64,000 nucleotides of DNA, taken from NCBI GenBank assembly GCA_951406725.2, contig OX597822.1, positions 37,138,001-37,202,000 on the forward strand, read 5' to 3'. The position numbers and the translations under genes were made by a program. This document shows, piece after piece, positions 51,967 through 64,000 of the stretch (positions are counted from its first letter, which is position 1; each line of letters starts with the position of its first letter). This DNA comes from Octopus vulgaris (lineage: Eukaryota). The notes beneath the pieces were generated by a model. The model was not told the DNA's origin. It did not search any database and was given only the letters and a program-made list of their open reading frames with translations.

Positions 51967-54900
51967 TCTGATTGGCCATAACCAATGGCTACATCAAATA
52001 TATATATGTATAAATGTATACATATGCATATTTGATTGATATATTATACAATATATATTGCATTGTCAACACTACCTGTTGCTGTGTTATACATTACATA
52101 ACATACAATCCTGATATTATATCTTTCTCCTAGATGGTATGGGCTGGATGGATCTCATTATTGTCTTTTCTGCTGTGAAGTCATACAGTGTATACTGTAT
52201 TTTATGCCAATGGCCCTATAGAGGTTGTCTGTGGCAAGACACTATTCTTTGTCAAAGTTACTATCCTCTTAAAGGGGTTGGCTCTGTTGTACAAAAAGCT
52301 CTTATTGGCCAAGTATAAAAAGTTGTTTCCCCCTATTTTGGCATGATGTCATTTATGATGGTTGCAGATGCATCTGGAACATTTTGTCATCCTAGACAGA
52401 CACAAGAGTCAGTCATCAACACAGATTCGCAGCATCTCAGAGTGTATACCAATTGTTGAACTCCATGGATTCGTTCCAAAGAGCTGAGTAAGGGAAAACA
52501 GCAATGGAGACTACTAGTGGTAGCCAGACAAAATATAAAATATAACCAAGCCTACATAGGAAGAGAGGTAACAGTTGTAGTCTAAGGATGACTCATGATA
52601 TTGACAGTGACGGATGGTGTTCACTTCTTTCTGCTTTCTCTCTCACACACACACATATATAATTTTCCTATTTGAACAGTTAAATGTACAACTGTTACGA
52701 GTGGATTTAGAGCTCCATATAGAAGATCGTTATCCAGTCTACAGATATGGATACTACTGTACTTAGCAGTATTACCGATTGTAGTATACAGATGAAATAT
52801 AGTGAAAAATATGATAAAAACAAGGTGCTGTTTATACCACTGGTTTCCTACGCACATCTTGCCAGTGTGGCTGTTTGCATCCTCTGCAGTGGATGTTCAT
52901 GGTGCAATTGGATGCATATCTACAACACTTCTTAAGGGAACACTTTACTACATTATGTTTGACACAGATCAAATGCTTTTGATCTGTGTCAACTGCATGC
53001 TTGTGTGTGCATACACTATTTAAAGACTATGTTAATGTGACTGCCTCTCTATTGGAAATCTCTTGCTATATCCCAACATTTAAAATACAGATTGCAATTT
53101 TAAACATAGTAGTTCTGTGTTCATACAGTTGCTGCTTTCAAAGCAGGAGTATAAAATAGTATACAATATAATATATTAACACATCCACCATATAGAATAA
53201 TGGATCCTCTATTGATTCCAATAATGAACATTTAGTTGTTTGATTGAATGGTGAGAGTTGGAAAGGTGTCTGTCTATAGAAAATCTGCCTCAATAAACTT
53301 TGGTCAACCCAAAGAAGCATGGAAGAGTGGATGTTAAAATGTTGATATTTACAAAACTAGTTTCCTTCAGTTTCAACTAACAAATCAATCACATTGTATA
53401 TATACATATATATATATATACACACACACACATATATGCATATATATATATATACACACACACACATATACATATATATATATACACATATATATATACA
53501 CACATACATATGTATATATACATACATATATATATATATATATACACATATACATATCTTCAGAACTTATCTTTTGTTAAGCCTGGTTGGTACCTATTCT
53601 ATTGGTCTCTCTTGCCGAACCACTAAGTTACAGAGACATAAACACACTAACACCAGTTCTCAAGCAGTAGTGGTGGGGCAGACATAGACACAAAGACGTA
53701 CACGCATATATATTCTTTTATTTTTAATCTTTGCTTTTATTTGTTTCAGTCATTTAACTGTGGCCATGCTGAAGCACCACCTTTAGTCGAACAAATCGAC
53801 CCCTTATTCTATGTAAGCCTAGTACTTATTCTATCGGTCTCTTTTGCTGAACCACTAAATTACAAGGATGCAAACACACCAATATTGGTTGCCAAGTGAT
53901 GGTGGTGGGGGACATACACAGACACACAAACATATACAAGCATATATATACACACACACACACACACAGGATGAGCTTCTTTCAGCTTCCATCTACTGAA
54001 TCTACTCACAAAGCTCTGGTCGGCCTGAGGCTATAGTAGAAGACACTTACCATGTTGCCACGCACTGAGACTGAACCAGGAACCATGTGGTTGGGAAGCA
54101 AGCTTTTTACCACACAGCCATGCCTGTGCCTATATATATATATACACATACATATATATATATATAGTTCAAAGAAATTATCTTTTACTTAGTTTTGCTG
54201 TGAAGGATTTTTGCCTCAAAAGTTCCAAATTAAATATTCTGATGCCTGCATGAAATATCTCTAGGGTTCCATAGTCAAAACTGTTCACACTAAAGGGTTC
54301 ATATTTCAATTAAAACCTGGGCCAAAATTTCATTATAACTTAAATGATATCCCAAGATTTTATCATCTATAAAAATTTATGTGTTTTCTGCTATATTAAC
54401 CTGCTGTCTGGAACACAACAAATATATAAGATTTAGAAAGAGTTATAGTAAATTTATTAAACCTTTTCAAATTCTTGGTTATTTTGAATATCACAATTTA
54501 AACACAATAACTAAAGAATAGACACAGGCAACATATTCTCGTTAGACATATGATTATGAAAGGATTGATGAGAACAAATAATTTGTAATCACAGCTTCAA
54601 TTCTTCAAGTCTTGAGATCTTCCAGCTTCTATATTCATCAACCAACACCATTTCTCAGATTTCTAATTTATAAACTATCATCACATGACATTACAGAAAG
54701 ATTTTTAAATGTTCGACTGATTCTATGCTAAAAGTATAAACAGACATATGAAATGCTTTCTAAGGTGATAAGTGTTACACATGAAACTCAGGGCTCTTGA
54801 GTAACTTCTGGGGTGTTTTTCATTTTCAACAAAAAAGGAAAAGAAAAGCTTCTTGTTTCAACACAATTTTGAAGGAAGGGGACAAGTTGATTATATCAAC

Positions 54901-55536
54901 CCCAGTACTTCACTGGTACTTTGTTTTATTGATTCTGAAAGGATGAAAAGCAACCTTACCCCTGTGTGACTTGAAGATAGAATGTAAAATGTTGGAAGAA
55001 ATACTATGAAGCACTTTTTTCTCCTGTTCTTATGATTCTACTATCCTAATATAAATATCAAATGTATTAATAGGTCTAGGTGTGGTTCATCATCATCATT
55101 GTTTAACGTCTGCTTTCCATGCTAGCATGGGTTGGATGATTTGACTGGCGAAGCAGATGGCTGCACCAGGCTCCAATCTGATCTGGCAGAGTTTCTACAG
55201 CTGGATGCCCTTCCTAACGCCAACCACTCGGAGAGTGTAGTGGATGCTTTTACATGCCACCGGCACGAGGGCCAGTCAGGCAGTACTGGCAATGGCCACG
55301 CTCAAATGTTTTTTCACATGTCACCAACACAAGTGCTAGTAAGGTGACACAAGTAACGATCACGCTCAAATGGTGCTTTTTACGTGCCACCAGCACGGAA
55401 GCCAGTTTGTTGCTCTGGCAACGATCATGCTTGGATGGTACTCTTAGTGCTCCACTAGCACGGATGCCAGTCATCGAATTTGATTTCAATTTCACTTGCC
55501 TCAACAGGTGTTTGCAAGCAGAGTTTAGTGTCCAAT

Positions 55537-55909
55537 GAAGGAAAAGTAAGCATAAATGGGCTGGTTACACCCCTGGCATAGGCCATAAGGTTATGGTCTC
55601 ACTTGGCTTGCCAAGTCTTCTCAAGCACTGGTTAAAAAGATTGCTTCTGTAGAAAATGTTTCTAACCATAGGAAAGGTACACATAAGTCGGCTGGTTACA
55701 CCCCTGGCATAGGCCACGAGGTTATGGTCTCACTTGGCTTGCCAAGTCTTCTCAAGCACTGGTTAAAAAGATTGCTTCTGTAGAAAATGTTTCTAACCAT
55801 AGGAAAGGTACACATAAGTCGGCTGGTTACACCCCTGGCATAGGCCACGAGGTTATGGTCTCACTTGGCTTGCCAAGTCTTCTCAAGCACTGGTTAAAAA
55901 GATTGCTTC
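55537..55909. repeat. Tandem triplication, 131-bp period
   Basis: CTGGTTACACCCCTGGCATAGGCCA starts at 55561, 55692 and 55823. Confidence 0.95.
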
Positions 55910-57005
55910 CCCACCGTGTAGTCTTAAGTTCAATTCCACTGCATAGCACCATGGACAAGTGTCTTCTAATAATGCCAACCTAAGCCTTGTGAGTGGATCT
56001 AGTAGGTGGAAACTGAAAGAAGCTTATAGTGCGTAACCTTCTCTAGACATCATGTGATGGTTGTGCAATGTTGTTCCTTTCGAGTCTTCTGTAGAAAATG
56101 TGTCTAACCATAGGAAAATATTACTTTGTCAGGAAACAGAGAAGAACATCCAGCTATACAAAATCTGCCTCAACAAATTTTATCTAACCCACGTAAGCAG
56201 GGAAAAGTAGATGGTAAATGATGATGTATTGAGCTCCCTTTTTCTTCTCATTTGTAAAGCATACTGTACTTGTAGCTTATACACACATATCGAACCATCA
56301 AGGAAATAGCAGCCAAATCACTCTAAAACCACATCAGACTGTCTTAAAACACAGATGTTGGATAATCTAGCCCACTGTACATCACTGCTGAAAAGAAAGG
56401 GGGTAAAAATGTAATATGTCTTGAGTTCTTCTGTTGAGTCATCTTGTATTAAAGCACATGCATATACACTTTTCATCCTGGCATGTGTTGAATGGGTCGT
56501 CGAAAATCAGAATAATTTCTTATGTGAGTTCCTCTCCTTCAAGGAGCATGTTGTACTCTCTGTATGTGTATGCGGAGAGAGAGAGAAGCCAGCTGCGCCA
56601 CAGAGACATATATAGGTACAAGCATGGCTGTGTGGTAAGAGGTTTGTTTCCCAACCACACGATTCCAGGTTCATGACATCTTGGAGTTAGTATATTCTAC
56701 TATAGCTTTGGGCTAATGAAAGCCTTGAAATGGATCGCTGGACTATCTCCTGTGCAGGTGGCACATAAAAAGCACCATTTGAGCATGGCCATTGCCAGTA
56801 CCGCCTAACTGGCCCTCATGCTGGTAGCATGTAAAAGTGGTTGGCGTTAGGAAGGGCATCCAGCTGTAGAAACACTGCCAGATCAGATTGGAGCCTGGTG
56901 CAGCCATCTGGTTCGCCAGACCTCAAACAAATCTTCCAACCCATGCTAGCATGGAAAGCGGACGTTAAATGATGATGATGAATCTAAAAGAGCTTGTTGT
57001 GTGTA

Positions 57006-57048
<43 letters not shown>

Positions 57049-57337
57049 ACACACACGTGCGTGTGTTCTGTCTCCTTGCCTTGAATTCACATGATAGTTA
57101 TAAACAAGTATCACCATTATACAAGAGGTGTCCATTTGCAACCGCCTGTAAAAACATGTCTGGTCATGGAGAAATATTACTTTACTTGGAAAAAGGTGAA
57201 AGTTGGCAACAGGAAGAGTATTCAGCTGTAGAAAAACCCACCTCAACAAACTTTGCCTGACCCATGCGAGTATTGGAAAGTAAACATTTAAATTACAGGT
57301 CATTTTTGGAGTCTCACCTTACCTGTTTATATATGTT

Positions 57338-57431
57338 TAAAAATTGTATCTGGGGATGGTGGATTTATGCTATGATGTAATCTATGAATGCATCAATAAA
57401 ATGCTACCGAAACAGCTGTAGTAAATTTTAT
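57338..57431 (+). ncRNA. Degenerate hammerhead motif (core CTGGGGA, probably inactive)
   Basis: TAAAAATT.TAT-CTGGGGA-T-GGTGGATTTAT...ATAAAATGCTACC-GAAA-CAGCTG-TA-GTAAATTTTTA. Stem III is the same as at 12117-12128. Confidence 0.5.
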
Positions 57432-59212
57432 ACCCCATTTGTGTTTAAAAGTGAGAGAGAGAGAGAGAGAGAAAGACGTTAACTGCAAGTAAAGTATTTA
57501 TAAAACAACTACTAAAACATAAAAACAACATTTGAAAATAAACAATGAAATAATTTAGCAAGTCATTCCCCACAGCAAACTTAGCTTTTACTGAAAATAC
57601 CTCTAAGACAATGTTTTATAAACATCACCTCTGTCATTGTATATCAATCACATACTACCATTGACAGTCTTGTATCAAAGGTGTTTTTGGGAGATTCTTC
57701 TGAAAAACGCTTCTACAGAATGGTTTTGAGTTTTTTCCGGTTTTTTACTAATTAATTTTTTTTTTACTTTTTCTTGTGGATTTGGAGAGAGAGAGGTTTT
57801 ATGTGTCTTTTTTTCTCTTTCTTTCTCTCTCTCTCTGTCCAACACACACACACACAAATACACATGTTTTAGCGGAATGGAGGGGATAAAGTTTTTGGCA
57901 TTTCATTAAATTGAAATTAAAATTTTAAATTAAGAATGCTAGTAATTAAAATATAAAAAAAAATCATATACAGTAAAGCATAAAAATCATAAATAAAAAT
58001 CCTGCAGAATTAGAGAGGTAAGAGGCGAGAGTGGAATGGAGTGGTGCATAGGTGTGAGTCTTGTAAAAAAAAAAAACAAACAACTGTTTTCCTCAACATA
58101 ATAATAATAGTAATAATAATAATGTTGATTTGTAACAGAGGCACAAGATTCCAAATTAAGAGTTCAGAGTATAGCTGATTTAATCAACCTTGTACATGAT
58201 GGCACTTATGCTATCAACCTCAGCAGAATTTAAACTCAGAATGTAAAGGGATGCAGCTAAATACCACAAGGCAGTTCATCCAATGCTCTACTGATTCTGC
58301 CAATCCAGTGATTTCTACCATAGGCACAGGCCTCGATAATAACGAATGATTTATTGGAGGGGAGCAGGGCGTACCTGATCAAACTGACACACACTCTGGT
58401 GCTCTAGCAAGCCAGCTATTTGCTGCTTTCATAATAATAATAGTAATGATGTTTGTAAGAGGGAACGGTCAATTAAATTGACCCCAGTACTTGACTGGTG
58501 TCTTATTTAACCAATCGTGAAAAAATGAAAAGCAGAGTTGACCATGGTGGGATTTGAACTCAGAATGTAGAGAGCCAGAGGAAATACCATAAGGCATTTT
58601 TCTTCTGATGCTACAATGGTTCTGCTAACCCACTAATCTTGTAGCAGCAGCAGTAGTTGTAGAGCCTGAGGGAAATGGTGGTATTCTGCACTGGCCAATT
58701 TTATATTGGGAAAATTCACGAGTCTGGGGTAAGTTTGTGGAGAAGGAGCAAAAAGGGTAGGAGTGTGACATTTTGGGGACTGATACTTCATCTGAGAAAA
58801 AAGGGATTTCGAAACAATTTGGTTTATCTGAGACAGAGAGCCAGGCCCCAAAATGTCAAATGTCCACTTTCCCTGTAATATATAAACTTATATAGACTCT
58901 TGAATTTCACTGTGTAATAATTCTTTTTATTTTAGGTAGAGGGCCTGAAATTTTGGGATGGGGGCCTAGTCGATTATATCGACCCCAGGGCTCAACTGGT
59001 ACTTATTTTATCAAGCTTGAAAGGATGAAAGGCAAAGTGGACCTCAGTGGAATTTGAACTCAGAATGTAAAGAGCTGGAAAAAATGCCACTAAGTATTTT
59101 GTCTGGCATGCTAATGATTCTGCCAGCTCACTGCCATTATAATAATAATGTTAATGAATAATGATAATACTAGAATACACACACACATCCATGCAAACAT
59201 TTTCCAAGCAAG

Positions 59213-59327
59213 TTATCTGTCTGGTGAAATGACAGCTGATATTCCAGTAGTCCAGTAGCCAGTATCATAAAGTTGCTCCTTCATCTCACTGTCATCAACT
59301 GCAAACTTCAGTTGTATGGCCAAGTCC
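59213..59327 (-). CDS. PRMT6: PRMT6-like arginine methyltransferase, last coding exon: (R)DLAIQLKFAVDDSEMKEQLYDTGYWTTGISAVISPDR*
   Basis: Acceptor TTGTTGCAG|G, phase-compatible with the previous exon. Resembles the final beta-strands of the PRMT barrel. Stop TAA at 59213-59215. Confidence 0.75.
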
Positions 59328-60519
59328 CTGCAACAACAACAACAATTACAATTACAAACAGCAATGTTATAACAATAATAAATGCTTCAAATTTCGGCAC
59401 AAAACCAGCAGTTGGGGGTAGGGGTTAGTAATTAAAAAGCATTCAGTCCACGCTGAAAAGTGGTTGGCATTTGGAAGGACATCCAGCTCTAAAAATCATG
59501 CCAAAACTATCTTCTCCTGTGCAAGTACCATGTAAAAAGCACTGAGTCCATTCTGCAGAGTGGTTGGTGTTAGGTAGTACAGCCAGTCATAAAAACCCTG
59601 CCAAAACAGTAGCAAAGGGTAGTTTTTCTACCTGGCCAGCTCCTGTGACCGTCTTACCCATGCATGCATGGAAGATGGGCGTTAAACAATGATGATGATG
59701 ATTTTATCAAACCCTTGATGGAAAAGCAAAGTTGATGCTGATGTGATTTGAATCCAAAATGTAAAGAGTTGGAACAGATACAGCAAAGCCTTTTTTCCTG
59801 AACTCTCATGATTTGGTCAATTCTTCATCCTATTAATAATAACGGTTTCAAATTTTGGCACAAGGCCAGCAAGTTCAGGGGAGAGCGGAAGCCAGTTACA
59901 TTGACCCCAGTGCATATCTGGTACTTATTTTATTGACCCTGAAAGGAGGAAAGGCAAAGTCAACTTTGACAGAATTTTACCTCAACATAGCAACAGATGA
60001 AATGCCAAAAACAGAGGGATAAAGATCCTTCCTGAGACATATAGACTTATAGGGCTAGTTTCTGTAGAGCATATATCACCCACCTTTGAATGGGATGCCA
60101 TGGACAAACAAACAAACACAACTGAAAACAATACCTCTGCCTTTGCTAAGATGGAGGTAATAATAATGGTTTCAGATTCTGGCACAAGACCAGCAATTTC
60201 AAGGGAGAGGGTAAGTCAATTACATTGACCCCAGTACTTGACTGTACTTATTGTATTGACCCTGAAAGGATGAAAAGCAAAGTCAACCTCAGTGGAAGTT
60301 GAATTCAGAACAGAGTCAGAAGAAATGCCACTAAGTATTTTGACCAGTGATCATCATCATCATCATTTAATGTCCACTTTCCATGCTGGCATGGGCTGGA
60401 CAGTGTGACTGAGGACTGGCAAGCCAGGAAGCTGCACTAGGCTCCAATCTGATCTGGCAAGGTTTCTACAACTAGATGCCCTTCCTAATGCCAACCACAT
60501 CGAGAGTGTAGTGGGTGTT

Positions 60520-60765
60520 TTTTACGTGCCACTGGCATGGGAGCCAGTCATGGGGCACTGGCATCGACCATATTTGGATGGTGCTTTTTACATGCCACCA
60601 GATTGGGAGCCAGTCAGGGGGCACTGACATCTACCGCGTTTGGATGGTGCTTTTTATGTACCACTAGCATGGGAGCCAGTCATGGGGTACTGACATTGTC
60701 CACATTTGGATGGTGCTTTTTATGTGCCACCAGTACAGAAGCCAGTCAGGGGGCACTGGCATGGA
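60520..60765. repeat. About 4 tandem ~60-bp units inside a SINE family C copy
   Basis: Unit about GCTTTTTA(C/T)GTGCCAC..CATGGGAGCCAGTCA.GGGGCACTG.CAT...TTTGGATGGT. Confidence 0.85.
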
Positions 60766-61509
60766 CCAGTGTGCTAATGATTCTGCCAGCTCATCACCTT
60801 CCTAATAATAATAATCCTTTTTATGATAAGCAAGGTCTAAATTTGTGGGGAGGGGAGAAGTCAATTACATCATCCCCAGTGCTTAACTGATACTTGTTTT
60901 ATCAACCCAAAAGGATACAAGGTAAAGTCCACCTCAGCATCATTTGAACTCAGAATGTAAAGACAGATGAAATGCTACTACAACAACAACAATAATAATA
61001 ATAATAAATAAGGTGTTAGCATGGCTGTGTGGTTAAGATGTTTGTTTTGAAATTATATGGTTTCAGGTTCATTTCCATTCCAGGTATTGAAGTGTCTTCT
61101 ACTGAACAATGTCTCATCAGTGTCTTGAGAGTAAAATTGGTAGACAAAAACTGTAGGAAGCCAAAATACTTACACACGTGTGTGTGTGTGTGTGCAAGAG
61201 CACATTTTTGTCTCCCAACTGTCTTGACATTCGCAATGCTGTGACACCGTCAATACACACATGCACATATTGATGGTGTATTTGAAAACATGTCCAGCCT
61301 TTGAGTTGTTTGTAGGATTAAAGGATATAGTATCTTTCTTAAAAAGCAAAAGAAAGTTGGAGACAGGAAGAACATCTAACCATTATGAAAACTACTTCAA
61401 TAGGTTTTGTCTAAGCTATTCTGGCATGGAAAAGTGAACAGTGAAATGATGATGATGATATATATGGTATGTGAACAACACACACAACATAATACACAAT
61501 TGCTGTTAC

Positions 61510-61617
61510 CTTGGTTGTTTGCCCTTCTCCAGTTTGATTTTGCCTTTGATTGTTGTATCCTGTACAGTTTGGAATGGTTCATGGACATACAGCACAACCT
61601 GGGACCAGTGTGTTAAT
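61510..61617 (-). CDS. PRMT6: PRMT6-like exon with the THW loop: LTHWSQVVLYVHEPFQTVQDTTIKGKIKLEKGKQP(R)
   Basis: 108-bp exon with TTTGTCAG| acceptor and AG|GTAAC donor, phase 2-2. THWxQ is the type I PRMT signature. Not in the ORF track. Confidence 0.9.
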
Positions 61618-63122
61618 CTGACAAAGATAGTTAAGACAGACAAGTTTGAGAACATACAGTACATCTTAAAATTAGTGTGTTAATGTCACAAAATCACAGA
61701 CACAAAAATAGGAGGCTCCTGTTTCTGGTTCTATGATTTTGGTTAGTTAAATTTTTTGAGAGGTAGACACATAATTATAATGGTTTGTTTGTGGGGAGGT
61801 TTATCATCTTCTGGTATTTGTGTGGGACAGAGTGATATAAGGAGACAGATGGTTTCTTCTTCTATTGGTCATATAAGAACAATGTTAGCTGGATTGATGA
61901 AAAGGTGTTGTTGTTGTTGGGTGAGGTTTGGTGATATACAGTATATTATAGGGTACTTATTTCTTTATTGCCCACAGGGGGCTAAACATAGAGGGGACAA
62001 ATAAAGGGTTTAAGTCGATTACACCGACCCCAGTGTGTAACTGGTACTTATTTAATCGACCCCCGAAAGGATGAAAGGCAAAGTTGACCTCGGTGGAGTT
62101 TGAACTCAGAATGTAATGGCAGACGAAATACCACTAAGCATTTCACCCGGCGTGCTAACGATTCTGCCAGCTCGCCGCCTTAGTATATTATAGGGTATTA
62201 ATACAGTGTGTTAATGTGACAGAGATACAGGGTTGTTGACATACATGTACATTCTGGGGCTAATGTGTTAATGTGACAAAGTAATCAAGAGACACAGGTT
62301 TGTAAATGGAAATAGAGAACATTCCATACCAACCAGTGTTGTGCAAAAACATGTGTTAGTATCATTCTATAACATGTATTGCTGGAACTTATACTGAGAA
62401 TAGTGTCTAACAAGGTGTTTAAAGTCTAGAACAGGTGGTTAAGCTGTTCTGATATGAAGCATCCAAATGCACTTGGAACATCCAGTGAAGGGCTTCAAGC
62501 GACTGTAATGTTGCAATGTATATGGAACTAATAATAATATAAACTCATGTTTATTTTAGTTCTCCTACATTTTTCTCAGTATTTCATAACTAGTAATACT
62601 ACTGAGTATAGTAATTACTATACTGAAAACAGAGTGAAACATGAACATTTATATGGAGCATGAAAAATAATAGTAGCAGTCCTACATCAATTTGTATACA
62701 CAATATATATACATACATACATAAACATATGCAGCTATGTGTGTGTGTGTTACTGCCTCTGTTTTGACATTGTGTGATAGTTGCAAGCAATTGTCCTTCG
62801 TTTCCAATATTTTGTGAAAAATATTAGCTTGTTTGGAAGCAGATGAGGGTTGGCGACAGGAAGGGGATCTGGCCATAGAAAATCTGTCCCAATAAATTCT
62901 GTCCAACCCATGTAAGCATAGAAAAGCGAATGTTAAAACAATGATGATGATGAATCAGAAATCAGGATTCTAAGAGGTTTGTATTGCAATATCAGACATT
63001 GCTTTTGCTAATTTAGAAACCAAATGACAGAAAATTAAAATAAACAACAACAAAATTAAAATAAACAACAACAACAAAATTAAAATAAACAACAAGAGCA
63101 GGAAAATCTTTTGTGTGCTTAC

Positions 63123-63342
63123 TCTGTGAATGGTGACGTTGAGAGTATTATGTTTCCTGGGAATTCAACGTCAAACCACAAACTGAAACCGTGAACACGA
63201 TTCCAGCCGTAGCATTTAAACTCAAAATTCTGTTGAATGTTTTCTATGTCGTGTAGCGTCACTTGGTGGATAGCCAAGGAACAAACTTGAACTGGTGGGG
63301 CAACTATGTCTTCCATCATCAGCTGTTTCAGTTCGACATTAG
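63123..63342 (-). CDS. PRMT6: PRMT6-like exon ...FEFKCYGWNRVHGFSLWFDVEFPGNIILSTSPFTE; upstream exons lie beyond the window
   Basis: HGF..WFDV.F...LSTSP motif. CYG..HGF and LSTSPF resemble PRMT6 most. Acceptor ATTTTCAG|, donor GA|GTAAG. Confidence 0.88.
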
Positions 63343-63495
63343 CTGAAAATAGATTAAGATAGTACAAAGTGTGTGTGTGTTTGTGTTTGCATATACACAC
63401 ACACATTTATATGCATAAACATATATGAATATATATACTGCTTGATACCATAAGTCAGGGAGAAGATGCACTTGTATAACTGTTAGTAAAGTGGG

Positions 63496-63716
63496 TATAT
63501 TGTTTGAATTTTATAGTGTTAAATATCCAATACGGCTGGTCTTAACAATTGGTTCTGTGTAAAAATATATATAATGGAGGTAAGGCAACAAGCCAATTAT
63601 ATAAAATACGCTCGTCAGAAACACTCCATTATATATTTTTTACGCAAAATTGATTGGTAAGACGAGCCGTGATGGATATTTAACACTATAAAATTCAGAT
63701 AATATATATATATATA
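63496..63716. repeat. Inverted repeat, ~90-bp arms, in a PRMT intron
   Basis: GAATTTTATAGTGTTAAATATCCA...ATATAATGGAG / CTCCATTATAT...TGGATATTTAACACTATAAAATTC. Confidence 0.9.
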
Positions 63717-63796
63717 TATATATATAATAATATTAGGGAGTAAATCCAAACTTACAGGGAAAAATTAGATTTAGGAATAAATCTAATTTTACAGTA

Positions 63797-64000
63797 TAAT
63801 ATAAATTAAATTAGAGATAAAACCACCATTAGGCAAATCAAACAGTGAAAAACATAAGCCAAAACATAGAAATAAAAATAATTAATATAATATACAAAAT
63901 ATATTTAAAATTTAAATTATTTTTATTTCTATGTTTTGGTTTATGTTTTTCACTGTTCGATTTGCCTAATAGTGGTTTTATCTCTAATTTAATTTATGTA
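63797..64000. repeat. Near-perfect inverted repeat, probably extending past the window
   Basis: ATAAATTAAATTAGAGATAAAACCAC..TTAGGCAAATC..ACATAGAAATAAAAATAATT and its reverse complement at 63915-64000. Confidence 0.92.

Noticed and set aside
54180-54330. ~44-codon open stretch on the minus strand in unique sequence
   Set aside because: No start, splice signals or recognisable homology.
55537-55909. CRISPR-like or coding tandem repeat (also 60520-60765, 37880-38005)
   Set aside because: No unique spacers, eukaryotic context, and units derive from SINE or minisatellite sequence.
59982-60185. 67-aa minus-strand ORF in a PRMT intron as an alternative exon
   Set aside because: Flanked by and partly made of SINE-B. 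The PRMT exons join in frame without it.

Overview
AT-rich, microsatellite- and SINE-dense animal genomic DNA. The repeat families and KRAB-less tandem C2H2 genes suggest a coleoid cephalopod, probably Octopus (inference). There are two + strand C2H2 zinc-finger genes, each with a single coding exon (CDS 32474-34375 and 49362-50459). Converging on them are the last three coding exons of a minus-strand type I protein arginine methyltransferase, PRMT6-like (63123-63342, 61510-61617, 59213-59327). The rest is mostly tRNA-derived SINEs, LINE remnants (RTE, CR1/L2, L1/Tx1), mariner/pogo/hAT MITEs and (TA)n/(TG)n tracts, which explain nearly all short ORFs in the track. Main non-obvious signals: (1) a paralogous ~200-250 bp promoter/non-coding first-exon cassette upstream of each ZNF gene (8351-8603, 46386-46574) with identical blocks, including a COE/EBF-type site and a GATA-like AGTTATCTCCCC motif; (2) the acidic N-terminus of ZNF-1 is built from seven ligand-less 'ghost' zinc fingers; (3) several Penelope-type hammerhead ribozyme motifs, some forming the arms of long palindromes. 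All alignments and folds were done by eye, and repeat boundaries are approximate.
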